From contig JBHHZA010000043.1 of NCBI GenBank assembly GCA_046757805.1, forward strand, positions 1 to 16,368: 16,368 bases of DNA, given 5' to 3'. The position numbers and the translations under genes are program-made. The notes beneath the pieces were generated by a model. That model saw nothing but the letters and a program-made list of their open reading frames with translations. It searched no databases and was not told the DNA's origin. Numbering within the stretch: position 1 is the first letter of the stretch; each line of letters starts with the position of its first letter. Origin of the DNA: Planctomycetaceae bacterium (GTDB taxonomy: Bacteria > Planctomycetota > Planctomycetia > Planctomycetales > Planctomycetaceae). Positions 6,911 to 14,484 of this stretch are shown here, piece after piece.

Positions 6911-8554
6911 TTGAAATCCATGGATAACGCGGACACCCCGACATCCCGGCGACTTGGACGGCTGCCGCCGTCCATCGTGGCGATACTGGCGAGTGCTGCG
7001 GTCCTGCTGTCCGTCTGTCCGAGAGGATCGCGATACTCGGAGCCGGGAATCACGCTCGATGAGCCGTTCAACGTTCAGGAGGGCGTGCGGCTGGCGTACG
7101 GTGTTCCCGAATGGCTGACGGGCCGGCTCACACTGCGCGAAGTCTGGGGGGATGCGGAGGATCAGAAGCCGGGGAGGTCACCGCTGGGTCCCCACCTGTC
7201 GGATCACCCGCCGCTGGGACGCCTCTGGATCGGACTGTGGCATCGCGCCGTCGCGAATGACGACCAGGTTCCGTTTTCGATTGCCGCCGGGCGCGTGGGA
7301 TCGGCGGTTGCGTTTGGTTTGACGGTGTTTCTCGTGGGACTCGCGACGGCCCGCTGGTACGGAACGGCGGCGGGGCTGTTCGCGTCGTTGGCGCTGGCGA
7401 CGATGCCCCGCGTCTTCGGTCACGCGCACCTGGCGGCGTTGGAGACGTTCACCAACCTCACGTTTGCCGCCGCTGTTCTGAGTGTTGCCGCGTTCTGGAA
7501 GAAGCAGGCGCCCGGCTGGAAAACGGCCGTGCTCACCGGCGCCCTCTTCGGGCTGGCGCTGCTGTCGAAGATGCAGGCGGTGTTCCTTCCGATTCCGGTC
7601 GCCGTCTGGGCGTTGTGGCGGTATCGCGCGCGGGCAATTCTACCACTGGCGATCTTCGGCGGCATTGCCTTCGCCGTGTTCTTCGTTGGTTGGCCGTGGC
7701 TGTGGCTGGATCCCATGAGTCACTTGCTGGAGTATTTCGCCAGCACGACGGAACGGGCGTCGCTGCACGCGTTCTACATGGGCGCGCAATATGTCGACCG
7801 CGAGGTTCCCTGGCATTACCCGTTCGTCATGTTTCTCGTCACCGTGCCAGTCGGTTGGCAATTGGCGGGCATGTTCGGATCGTTCAAGAGCGCGAGCGAT
7901 CCCGACGACTGTTGGCGAAGACGGTTGCTGGGCGGCGCGATGTTGCTGCCGTTGATCGCATTCGCGGTCCCGGGCGTCGTCGTCTACGACGGTGTGCGGC
8001 TGTTTCTGGTCGTGTTCCCGCTGTGGGCGGTATTCGTCGGACGCGGCGCGGCGGCTGTGTTTGACCGGCTGCGGCAGCGCCGGTCCCGCGTGTTGGCGGT
8101 TGCTCTTATCGTCGCGCTCATCGGAATTCAGTCCGTCCCCCTGTTTCTGATCCGACCTTGCTGCTTGAGCTATTACAACGCGTTCGTGGGCGGCACGTGG
8201 GGCGCAGAGAAGCTCGGTTTCGAGATGAACTACTGGGGCGACGCGGTAACGCCCGAATTCCTCGACGGCGTCGCCGACGCCGCTCCCGCAGGTTCGACCG
8301 TCGACGTCGTTCCGGTGCTGCACGCTCTGCAACTGCCGGCCTGGCGGAGACAGTCCGGGGCCCTGCGGGACAAGCGGATCTCCCTGCGAGCGTACGATCC
8401 TCTTCGAAATGCACCGTCGAAGTATGTGCTGGTTTTCCGCCGCCGCGCGGGGCTGTCGCCGGAACTCGAACTCGCCAGAGAGAACGCCCGCGTTCTGGCG
8501 GTCGTGCGTCGTCAGGGCGTCGTGCTCGCGGCGTTGTATCAACTGCGCGACTGA
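6911..8554 (+). CDS. GT-C superfamily membrane glycosyltransferase of the PMT/ArnT type (GT39/GT83-like; dolichyl- or undecaprenyl-phosphate sugar-dependent), 547 aa.
   Basis: The protein is polytopic and hydrophobic. The first extracytoplasmic loop carries a DE motif (ITLDEPFNVQEG). A typical segment reads ...RWYGTAAGLFASLALATMPRVFGHAHLAALETFTNLTF.... Many transmembrane helices fill the first ~400 aa, and a soluble C-terminal domain follows. The family assignment rests on motif and topology resemblance only. Confidence 0.7.
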   Translation: MKSMDNADTPTSRRLGRLPPSIVAILASAAVLLSVCPRGSRYSEPGITLDEPFNVQEGVRLAYGVPEWLTGRLTLREVWGDAEDQKPGRSPLGPHLSDHPPLGRLWIGLWHRAVANDDQVPFSIAAGRVGSAVAFGLTVFLVGLATARWYGTAAGLFASLALATMPRVFGHAHLAALETFTNLTFAAAVLSVAAFWKKQAPGWKTAVLTGALFGLALLSKMQAVFLPIPVAVWALWRYRARAILPLAIFGGIAFAVFFVGWPWLWLDPMSHLLEYFASTTERASLHAFYMGAQYVDREVPWHYPFVMFLVTVPVGWQLAGMFGSFKSASDPDDCWRRRLLGGAMLLPLIAFAVPGVVVYDGVRLFLVVFPLWAVFVGRGAAAVFDRLRQRRSRVLAVALIVALIGIQSVPLFLIRPCCLSYYNAFVGGTWGAEKLGFEMNYWGDAVTPEFLDGVADAAPAGSTVDVVPVLHALQLPAWRRQSGALRDKRISLRAYDPLRNAPSKYVLVFRRRAGLSPELELARENARVLAVVRRQGVVLAALYQLRD

Positions 8555-8567
8555 CCTGATGAAGGAA

Positions 8568-8583
8568 CCGGTGACGTCACCGG
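8568..8583. promoter_or_regulatory. Perfect 16-bp palindrome, ccggtgacgtcaccgg, 14 bp after the glycosyltransferase stop codon. Possible dimeric-regulator operator or weak hairpin (no T-tract follows).
   Basis: The sequence at 8568-8583 is identical to its reverse complement. The palindrome lies in the 156-bp spacer upstream of moaC. Confidence 0.3.
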
Positions 8584-8638
8584 CGCGCTTCCCCTGCCAG
8601 CGCTACCGGCCCGCAACGGGCGAAATCCTTGCAACGGG

Positions 8639-8667
8639 TTGTCGCTCGTTTGGCACAGGACTATAGT
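8639..8667 (+). promoter_or_regulatory. Putative sigma70-like promoter for moaC: TTGTCG, then 17 nt, then TATAGT.
   Basis: The -35-like ttgtcg is at 8639-8644. After a 17-nt spacer the -10-like tatagt is at 8662-8667, about 44 nt upstream of the moaC ATG. The -10 element sits inside the 10-bp palindrome gactatagtc. The promoter consensus for this lineage is poorly known. Confidence 0.2.
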
Positions 8668-8710
8668 CTAGCGGCCTTTCGATGATTCACTCCCAATCGC
8701 CTCGATTTCG

Positions 8711-9232
8711 ATGTCTTCCGACTCCGAATTGACGCATTTTCGCGAAGACGGCGCCAGCCGAATGGTGGACGTTTCCGCGAAACCGGTCACGCATCGTCAG
8801 GCGCGGGCCGAGGCAAGGGTGACGATGCAGCCGTCGACGCTGGAACGGATTCTCAACCGGTCGATCGGCAAAGGAGACGTGTTCGAGGTCGCACGACTGG
8901 CGGGCATTACGGGAGCGAAACGCACTTCAGAATTGATTCCGTTGTGCCATCCTCTGGGACTGGATCGCGTCGAAATCGATTTTGAAATCGTCGATGACGC
9001 GGCGGTCCGAATCGAGGCCCTCGCCGCCGTCCACGCGCGGACCGGCGTCGAAATGGAGGCGCTGACCGCGGTCGCGACGGCGGCGCTCACGCTGTACGAC
9101 ATGTGCAAATCGATCGATCGCGGCATGCGCATCGAACGGATCCAACTGCTGGAAAAATCGGGCGGAAAGAGCGGGCATTATCGGCGGGAATCGGCCGCCG
9201 ATCCGGAAGCCCTGGAAAGCAACTCACGATGA
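8711..9232 (+). CDS. moaC: Cyclic pyranopterin monophosphate synthase accessory protein MoaC (molybdenum cofactor biosynthesis).
   Basis: The sequence is [31 protein letters not shown]...[18 protein letters not shown]...[33 protein letters not shown]. It is collinear with E. coli MoaC ([29 protein letters not shown]...), and the hallmark motifs are all present. Confidence 0.92.
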   Translation: MSSDSELTHFREDGASRMVDVSAKPVTHRQARAEARVTMQPSTLERILNRSIGKGDVFEVARLAGITGAKRTSELIPLCHPLGLDRVEIDFEIVDDAAVRIEALAAVHARTGVEMEALTAVATAALTLYDMCKSIDRGMRIERIQLLEKSGGKSGHYRRESAADPEALESNSR

Positions 9233-10221
9233 GCAACCCCCTCACCGGTTCGGAATGGCTGGCCCGTATCGACGACGTGCTCGGCGGCGAACTGCGCGAA
9301 GTCGAAGCGATCTACGCCGCCGAACTCCAAAGCGCAAGCCCGTACGTGCGCGATATTCTCGCGCAGGCTTCGCGATTCCGCGGGAAGCGGCTGCGCCCCA
9401 TGCTGCTATTGCTGACGGCCGCCGCCGGCGGCGGAATCCGACGCGATCACCGCGTGCTGGCGGCCGTCGTCGAGATGATTCACACCGCCACGCTGGTGCA
9501 CGACGACGTCCTCGACGAGGCGGCAACCCGCCGCCACGTCGCCACCGTCAACAACCGCTGGAACAACGAAACCAGCGTCCTCTTCGGCGATTACCTGTTC
9601 ACACATTCGTTCCACCTGGCGGCGAGCCTCAAATCGACCGCGGCCTGCCGGCTCATCGGCCGTTCCACGAACATCATCTGCGAAGGCGAACTCACGCAGA
9701 TCCGCGAGCGCGGCAACCTCGAACTGTCCGAAAGCGACTACCTGAAAATCATCGACGGCAAAACGGCCGAACTGTGCGCGTTGTGCTGCCGGCTGGGGGC
9801 GCTTTACGCTGAAGCGACCGACACCGTGATTCAGGCCGCCGAGCGATTCGGCCGCGGGTTGGGCATGGCGTTTCAGATTGCCGACGACATTCTGGATCTC
9901 ATCGGCAAGGAGTCACAAACCGGAAAAACACTGGGGTCGGACTTCGCGAAACAGAAACTCACGCTGCCGTTGATCCGACTGTTGGCGACGTCCGGGGAAC
10001 CGGAGTCGACACGTTTGCGGGAGCTGCTCCTGCGTGCGGACGAGGAATCGTGCGCAGCGGTTCGCGAGCTGCTGCTCGACGGCGACGGACTCCATTACGC
10101 CCGCAACCGCGCCCTGGAGTTTGCCGCGTCAGCCCGCGAAAGCCTCGCCCCCCTGCCGGACACCGAAAGCCGCCGCGTCCTCGAAGAAATGACCGACTTC
10201 GCGGCGCTGCGGAGTTTCTGA
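9229..10221 (+). CDS. Long-chain trans-polyprenyl diphosphate synthase (IspB/octaprenyl- or solanesyl-diphosphate synthase-like), 330 aa.
   Basis: I place the start at ATG 9229-9231 ([11 protein letters not shown]...), which overlaps the moaC TGA as ATGA. The upstream extension of track ORF 9103 lies inside moaC. The first Asp-rich motif is [20 protein letters not shown], with small residues (A, T) at -4/-5 as in long-chain enzymes such as E. coli IspB (HTATLLHDDVVDE). The second Asp-rich motif is FQIADDILD. The sequence [11 protein letters not shown] near the N-terminus also fits. Confidence 0.9.
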   Translation: MSNPLTGSEWLARIDDVLGGELREVEAIYAAELQSASPYVRDILAQASRFRGKRLRPMLLLLTAAAGGGIRRDHRVLAAVVEMIHTATLVHDDVLDEAATRRHVATVNNRWNNETSVLFGDYLFTHSFHLAASLKSTAACRLIGRSTNIICEGELTQIRERGNLELSESDYLKIIDGKTAELCALCCRLGALYAEATDTVIQAAERFGRGLGMAFQIADDILDLIGKESQTGKTLGSDFAKQKLTLPLIRLLATSGEPESTRLRELLLRADEESCAAVRELLLDGDGLHYARNRALEFAASARESLAPLPDTESRRVLEEMTDFAALRSF

Positions 10222-10318
10222 GCGGCCCAAAACCAGTCACCTGGTGTTTTGCGAGGGCACTCGAAAGTTATCCGTTCACTTGTGTCAACCTATGGCTCAG
10301 ATCTTCAAACTGGTAGCC

Positions 10319-10370
10319 GCGGATGCATATCCGCAGTATCAAGGAGGCTCGGCTGCGGATATGCATCCGC
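10319..10370. terminator. Perfect 18-bp-stem hairpin (10319-10336 pairs with 10353-10370, 16-nt loop) between the convergent isoprenyl synthase and mnmA genes. Likely bidirectional terminator or RNA-stability element.
   Basis: The two arms are gcggatgcatatccgcag and ctgcggatatgcatccgc, exact reverse complements. Each 16-nt arm core is itself nearly palindromic (gcggat-gcat-atccgc), giving nested hairpins. The loop tatcaaggaggctcgg contains AAGGAGG. It lies 98 bp after the plus-gene stop and 47 bp after the minus-gene stop. T-runs (tattttt) lie about 20 nt to the plus side. Confidence 0.5.
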
Positions 10371-10416
10371 AGCTACAATGACTCTACCGTATCGTATTTT
10401 TGAAATGGTGTTTCGT

Positions 10417-11538
10417 TCAGCGAATCCAACCGCCGCCCAGCACCCGGTCGCCGTCGTACAGCACGACCGCCTGCCCCGGGGCGACGCCGTATTGCGGATC
10501 GTGGAACCGGACCCGCACGCGGTCTTCGTCGACAATCTCCGCTTCCGCGAAAGCCGCCGTGTGACGGTAGCGGATTTGTGCGTGACACTCGAAACGCTGC
10601 GGCAGGTCGTCGTCGAGCCAGTTCAGCCGATCGGCTTCCAGCGCGGAAACCGCAAGGTCTTCTCTTTCCCCGATCACAACGCGCCGCGATGCCGGTTCGA
10701 TCGCGACGACAAACCGCGGCGCACCAAACGCGACCCCCAGCCCCCGGCGTTGACCGATGGTGAACCGCTCGAATCCGTCGTGCCGTCCTAAAACATTGCC
10801 CGCCGTATCGACCAGTTCGCCGGCGGTCTCCTGATCGCCGCGATAGCGTTCGATGAAGCCGGCGTAGTCGTTGTCCGGAATGAAGCAGATTTCCTGGCTG
10901 TCGGGTTTGTCGGCGACGCGCAGACCGGCATCGCGGGCCATCGCGCGGATCGCCGGCTTCTCGTGGTCGCCGACGGGAAACAGAATGCGATCCAGCAGGT
11001 CGGGGGCGATGCCGAACAGCACGTACGACTGGTCTTTGTTGCGGTCCCTGCCGCGCAGCAGTGCGGGCCGGTTTTCGCCGCCGCGGTCTTCCAGCCGGGC
11101 GTAATGTCCGGAGGCGATGCGCTCGGCCCCCACCCGCCGCGCGAAGTCCCACAGCTTGCCGAACTTCAGCCAATTGTTGCAAACGACGCAGGGATTGGGA
11201 GTACGGCCATTGAGGTATTCGTCTGCGAAGTAATCCTTGATGCGGCCGAACGCGTCCTTGAAATTCAGGGCGTAAAAGGGAATGTCGAGCGAGTCCGCCA
11301 CGCGGCGCGCATCGGCGGCATCCGATGCGCTGCAACACCCCTGCCGATGACCGCCGGCGTTGACGATCGGCAGGTCCTCGAGCGAACCCCCCGTGTCCCG
11401 GACGCCGGTCGCGCAGAGGGTCTCCTCCGTCGCCCCGGACCGCATGAACAGCCCGATGACGTCGTAGCCGGCTTCCAGCAGCAGCTTGGCGGCGGCGGAA
11501 CTGTCCACCCCGCCGCTCATGGCCAAAACAACGCGCAT
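10417..11538 (-). CDS. mnmA: tRNA-specific 2-thiouridylase MnmA (tRNA U34 2-thiolation).
   Basis: The sequence is MRVVLAMSGGVDSSAAAKLLLEAGYDVIGLFMRSG... (PP-loop SGGVDS), ...GRTPNPCVVCNNWLKFGKLWDFA..., ...ASGHYARL..., ...RNKDQSYVLFGI... and ...FIPDNDYAGFI.... It is collinear with E. coli MnmA. I chose the start at the internal ATG (reverse complement cat at 11536-11538) by homology with the E. coli N-terminus. The track start at 11592 would add 18 aa. Confidence 0.9.
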   Translation of the reverse strand: MRVVLAMSGGVDSSAAAKLLLEAGYDVIGLFMRSGATEETLCATGVRDTGGSLEDLPIVNAGGHRQGCCSASDAADARRVADSLDIPFYALNFKDAFGRIKDYFADEYLNGRTPNPCVVCNNWLKFGKLWDFARRVGAERIASGHYARLEDRGGENRPALLRGRDRNKDQSYVLFGIAPDLLDRILFPVGDHEKPAIRAMARDAGLRVADKPDSQEICFIPDNDYAGFIERYRGDQETAGELVDTAGNVLGRHDGFERFTIGQRRGLGVAFGAPRFVVAIEPASRRVVIGEREDLAVSALEADRLNWLDDDLPQRFECHAQIRYRHTAAFAEAEIVDEDRVRVRFHDPQYGVAPGQAVVLYDGDRVLGGGWIR

Positions 11539-11572
11539 ATTGACTTCGACTCGCGACGACGAAGGTCCTCGC

Positions 11573-11618
11573 CCCGCCAAGTCTAGTGACACGCGCAGGC
11601 GCCGCCAAGTTCGGCGCC
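11573..11618. repeat. Direct repeat (c/g)ccgccaagt(c/t) x2, 28 bp apart (11573-11583 and 11601-11611), plus hairpin ggcgccg-ccaagtt-cggcgcc (11598-11618). The element lies in the 100-bp spacer upstream of mnmA and downstream of the small hypothetical gene.
   Basis: Read directly from the sequence: gccccgccaagtctagtgacacgcgcaggcgccgccaagttcggcgccgg. The same heptamer, CGCCAAG (CTTGGCG on the mnmA sense strand), builds the 15505-15614 palindromic element. Confidence 0.4.
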
Positions 11619-11639
11619 GGATTGATGCCGCGGTCGGGT

Positions 11640-12128
11640 TTAAACCGTTGTCAACGCGGCCGCAGACCGCGGCCTCAGCTTGGCCATCAGCGGTCTGAGC
11701 ATTTCGATTTCTCGTGCGAATTCGGCGTTCGCAAACTCGGTGAGTTCAAGGCCCATCGTCCAGAATCCGCCGCCCAGAGCGGTGAGATGGCACGTTTGAC
11801 CCAGGAAGAACCACGGTTGCGACGGGTCATTCGTATCGGGGTGCAGTCCAACGACGACGTATTTGGAATGAACGGGCTGGCACAACAACAAACCAATACC
11901 GAGGTTGCACACGTCTTTTGTGACGACGATGAGACTCTCACTTTCTACGGGTTTCCCGTCCTGCCACGGACACATCAACATCGGAATGGCGCGATTGTGC
12001 CGATCTTCCCGCCGATCCTGCGATACGTGGTTGCCGTAATTGGGGATCGTGAGATCGCGGATGCGCCTCATGTAGCGCCCGATGTCGGCTGTGTCATTAC
12101 GTTTGCGGAGTGTGGAAAACAGTGCCAT
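11640..12128 (-). CDS. Hypothetical protein, 162 aa, with locally lower GC than its surroundings. Weak PilZ-like motif pattern (RREDR ... DVCNLG), possibly a c-di-GMP-binding PilZ-domain protein.
   Basis: The ORF is MALFSTLRKRNDTADIGRYMRRIRDLTIPNYGNHVSQDRREDRHNRAIPMLMCPWQDGKPVESESLIVVTKDVCNLGIGLLLCQPVHSKYVVVGLHPD.... It has a balanced, non-shadow composition. The overlapping plus ORF 11586..12251 is Arg/Gly-rich junk. An RxxxR motif about 28 aa before a DxCxxG motif is reminiscent of PilZ (RxxxR...DxSxxG). I cannot confirm this from the sequence alone. Confidence 0.5.
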   Translation of the reverse strand: MALFSTLRKRNDTADIGRYMRRIRDLTIPNYGNHVSQDRREDRHNRAIPMLMCPWQDGKPVESESLIVVTKDVCNLGIGLLLCQPVHSKYVVVGLHPDTNDPSQPWFFLGQTCHLTALGGGFWTMGLELTEFANAEFAREIEMLRPLMAKLRPRSAAALTTV

Positions 12129-12857
12129 GTCAATGCGCCTAGATTCGTCCCGGGAATCAGCGGAAGGCTAGGTCACGCAGCCTCCAAGTCAAACTCATCA
12201 CCGACAGGGACCGGCGGCCGACAGGTTCAAACGCGGTCAGTATCGTGTTGAACCGACAACCGGTGGACCGTGTGTTTCGGTCGGCGTCAATCGGGGTGGT
12301 CGGCGAGAGGTCGCAGGGGGGGCGATAATCCTTACGACCCACGCCACCGCCCGAAGTTTCACGCCCACGCGAACGCCGCGGTGATCCTGCCGGTCTTAAA
12401 GAATACGGCCGAAGAACCGAGACCGCAGCAGCAATTCGTTCCAATTCGGCGACGAACGCGCCTGAAAGCAGCGCGTCAGCGCCAGAAACGGGGTCGTCTG
12501 CAGTCACGGCGGGCTGACGCCCTTCGCCGCCAGCGTGAAAAACGACGCCCGCCGGCAGCAGGGAAATCACCCGTGACACACCATGGGCGCATTGCGGCGG
12601 TTCGACCCCTTCCAATGTTCCGCAGGCTTCGCCGGCTTGACTGTTCTCATGTCCATAAATTCGTGATGAGCGGTAGAAATCTCAGGCAGAGTTGTCCTGC
12701 CCCCATCCTGTTCTCGTCTCGGCCGATGGCCGTCGAAAACCTACGTCCGTTTCGCCGCCGAGAAACGACGGGCGGACGGCGATGGGGAATTCTCTTGCGG
12801 AATCGCCTAATATGAATGTCCAACTGAACCGCCCGTCATCATCGGAATCCACATCGC

Positions 12858-14423
12858 ATGACATCGAAGTTACGAGTCGGCATTGCGTTACAGATTGGCG
12901 TTGCGGTGCTGTTCGGACTGACGACGGCGTCGCCCGCCGCCGAAAAGCCGAACATCGTCGTCATTCTCGCCGACGATCTGGGCTACGGCGACGTCGGCTG
13001 CTTCAACCCAAAGTCGAAGATCCCCACGCCGCACCTGGACAAGCTCGCGAAACAGGGGACTCGTTTTACCGACGCCCACAGCGCTTCCACCGTCTGCACG
13101 CCGTCGCGGTACGGCATCCTGACCGGGCGGATGTGTTTCCGCACCGGGTTTCGCGGCGTGTTCACCGGGGTGGACGGGCCGCTGATCGAGAAAGGCCGGC
13201 TCACGCTGCCGCAGATGCTGCGCGACAACGGCTATGCCACCGCTTGCGTGGGGAAGTGGCACGTCGGCATGACGTTCTTCGACAAGGACGGTAAGCCGGT
13301 CCGCAAACGGGGCGGCGGCGTCAACAAAGTCCGCCGCGTCGACTTTTCTCGTCCGATTCGCAATGGGCCGGTGGACGTCGGTTTCGACTATTTCTTCGGA
13401 ACGGTCTGCTGCCCCACCACCGACTGGCTGTATGCCTACATCGAAAACGACCGCATTCTCGAAGCGCCGACGACGATTGTCCGGCCGAAGACGAAACACT
13501 GGCTGGAGTACGAGCATTTCCGCGCCGGCCTGAAGGCGCCGGGATTCCATTTCCGCGACGTCGACCTGCGGTTCCTGAAGCAGAGCCGGCGGTTTCTCGA
13601 ACGACACGTGAAGACGAAACCGGACCAGCCGTTCTTTCTGTATCATGCCACGCAATCGGCCCACCTGCCGGCCTTGCCCGCCAGGCAGTTCGTCGACAAA
13701 ACCAAAGCCGGCCCGCTCGGAGATTGTATCTTCGAATTCGACCACGTCGTCGGCAAACTGATGAAAACGCTGGACCGGCTGGGCGTGGCCAAAAACACGC
13801 TGGTGATCGTCACCAGCGACAACGGCCCCGAGATCGTCATCACGCACATGCGCAAAGCGTACGGCCACGACGGCGCATACCCCTGGCGCGGCATGAAGCG
13901 CGACAACTGGGAAGGCGGGCATCGCGTCCCCTTCATCGCCCGCTGGCCGGGCCGCATCGAACCCGGCAGCACCAGCGACGAGACGATCTGCCTGACGGAC
14001 ATCATGGCTACCTGCGCGGGAATCGTCGGCGCGAAACTGCCGAATAACGCGGCCGAAGACAGCGTAAGCATTCTCCCGGCGCTGCAAAGCCGCAAGCGGC
14101 GGAAACCGCTGCGCCCCTACACGCTGCACCAGACGATGAGCCTTGCGTTGGGGATCCGCCGCGGGCCGTGGAAACTGCTGGATCACAGAGGCTCCGGCGG
14201 CAACAACTACAACGCGCCGCGCTTGAAGCCCTACGCGATCAAAGACGCGGCCCCCAACGCCCCCGGCCAACTCTACAACCTGCGCACCGACCCCGGCGAA
14301 CGGCGCAACCTGTACCGCGAGCGGCCGAAGATCGTGCGGGAATTGAAGAAACTGCTGGAGCAATCGAAGTCCGCAAAGCGCCGTATCGGCCTTCCCAAGC
14401 CGAGATCGCATGGCCGGCCGTAA
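12858..14423 (+). CDS. Cys-type sulfatase (arylsulfatase / N-acetylgalactosamine-6-sulfatase-like) with an N-terminal Sec signal peptide, 521 aa.
   Basis: The sequence is MTSKLRVGIALQIGVAVLFGLTTASPAAEKPNIVVILADDLGYGDVGCFN...DAHSASTVCTPSRYGILTGR, carrying the CxPxR formylglycine signature, then ...LVIVTSDNGPE... and ...GGHRVPFIARWPG.... These are classic sulfatase-family blocks. Confidence 0.92.
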   Translation: MTSKLRVGIALQIGVAVLFGLTTASPAAEKPNIVVILADDLGYGDVGCFNPKSKIPTPHLDKLAKQGTRFTDAHSASTVCTPSRYGILTGRMCFRTGFRGVFTGVDGPLIEKGRLTLPQMLRDNGYATACVGKWHVGMTFFDKDGKPVRKRGGGVNKVRRVDFSRPIRNGPVDVGFDYFFGTVCCPTTDWLYAYIENDRILEAPTTIVRPKTKHWLEYEHFRAGLKAPGFHFRDVDLRFLKQSRRFLERHVKTKPDQPFFLYHATQSAHLPALPARQFVDKTKAGPLGDCIFEFDHVVGKLMKTLDRLGVAKNTLVIVTSDNGPEIVITHMRKAYGHDGAYPWRGMKRDNWEGGHRVPFIARWPGRIEPGSTSDETICLTDIMATCAGIVGAKLPNNAAEDSVSILPALQSRKRRKPLRPYTLHQTMSLALGIRRGPWKLLDHRGSGGNNYNAPRLKPYAIKDAAPNAPGQLYNLRTDPGERRNLYRERPKIVRELKKLLEQSKSAKRRIGLPKPRSHGRP

Positions 14424-14484
14424 CCGGACACGCGTATCATGGAACGGTCGAGATGCCCCATTCCCATCTGCCGAGAATCCCGCC

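Noticed and set aside
7640-8542. 300-aa minus ORF, and the Arg-rich ORFs at 7178..7429, 7420..7716, 8118..8414 and 8158..8559.
   Set aside because: They are antisense or off-frame shadows inside the glycosyltransferase gene, with an Arg/Gln/His/Asp-rich composition and no domain-like pattern.
8651-8667. TGGCAC-containing stretch (ttggcacaggactatag) that looked like a sigma-54 -24 element.
   Set aside because: No TTGC(A/T) -12 element lies at the required 4-5 nt spacing after GGCAC. It is better explained as part of a sigma70-like -35/-10 candidate, which itself is a weak call.
10337-10380. AAGGAGG in the hairpin loop followed by an ATG at 10378, a possible small plus-strand ORF.
   Set aside because: The ATG lies about 27 nt from the SD-like motif, which is too far. 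The frame is the Arg-rich shadow ORF 10249..10791 running antisense through mnmA.
10373-11608. 411-aa minus ORF overlapping mnmA in another frame, and 10249..10791 and 10963..11586 plus ORFs.
   Set aside because: They are extremely Arg/Pro/Gly-rich and typical off-frame products. The in-frame MnmA translation is collinear with E. coli MnmA.
11586-12251. 221-aa plus ORF overlapping the small minus-strand gene.
   Set aside because: It is Arg/Gly-rich with implausible composition. The minus-strand ORF 11640..12128 has balanced composition and motif content.
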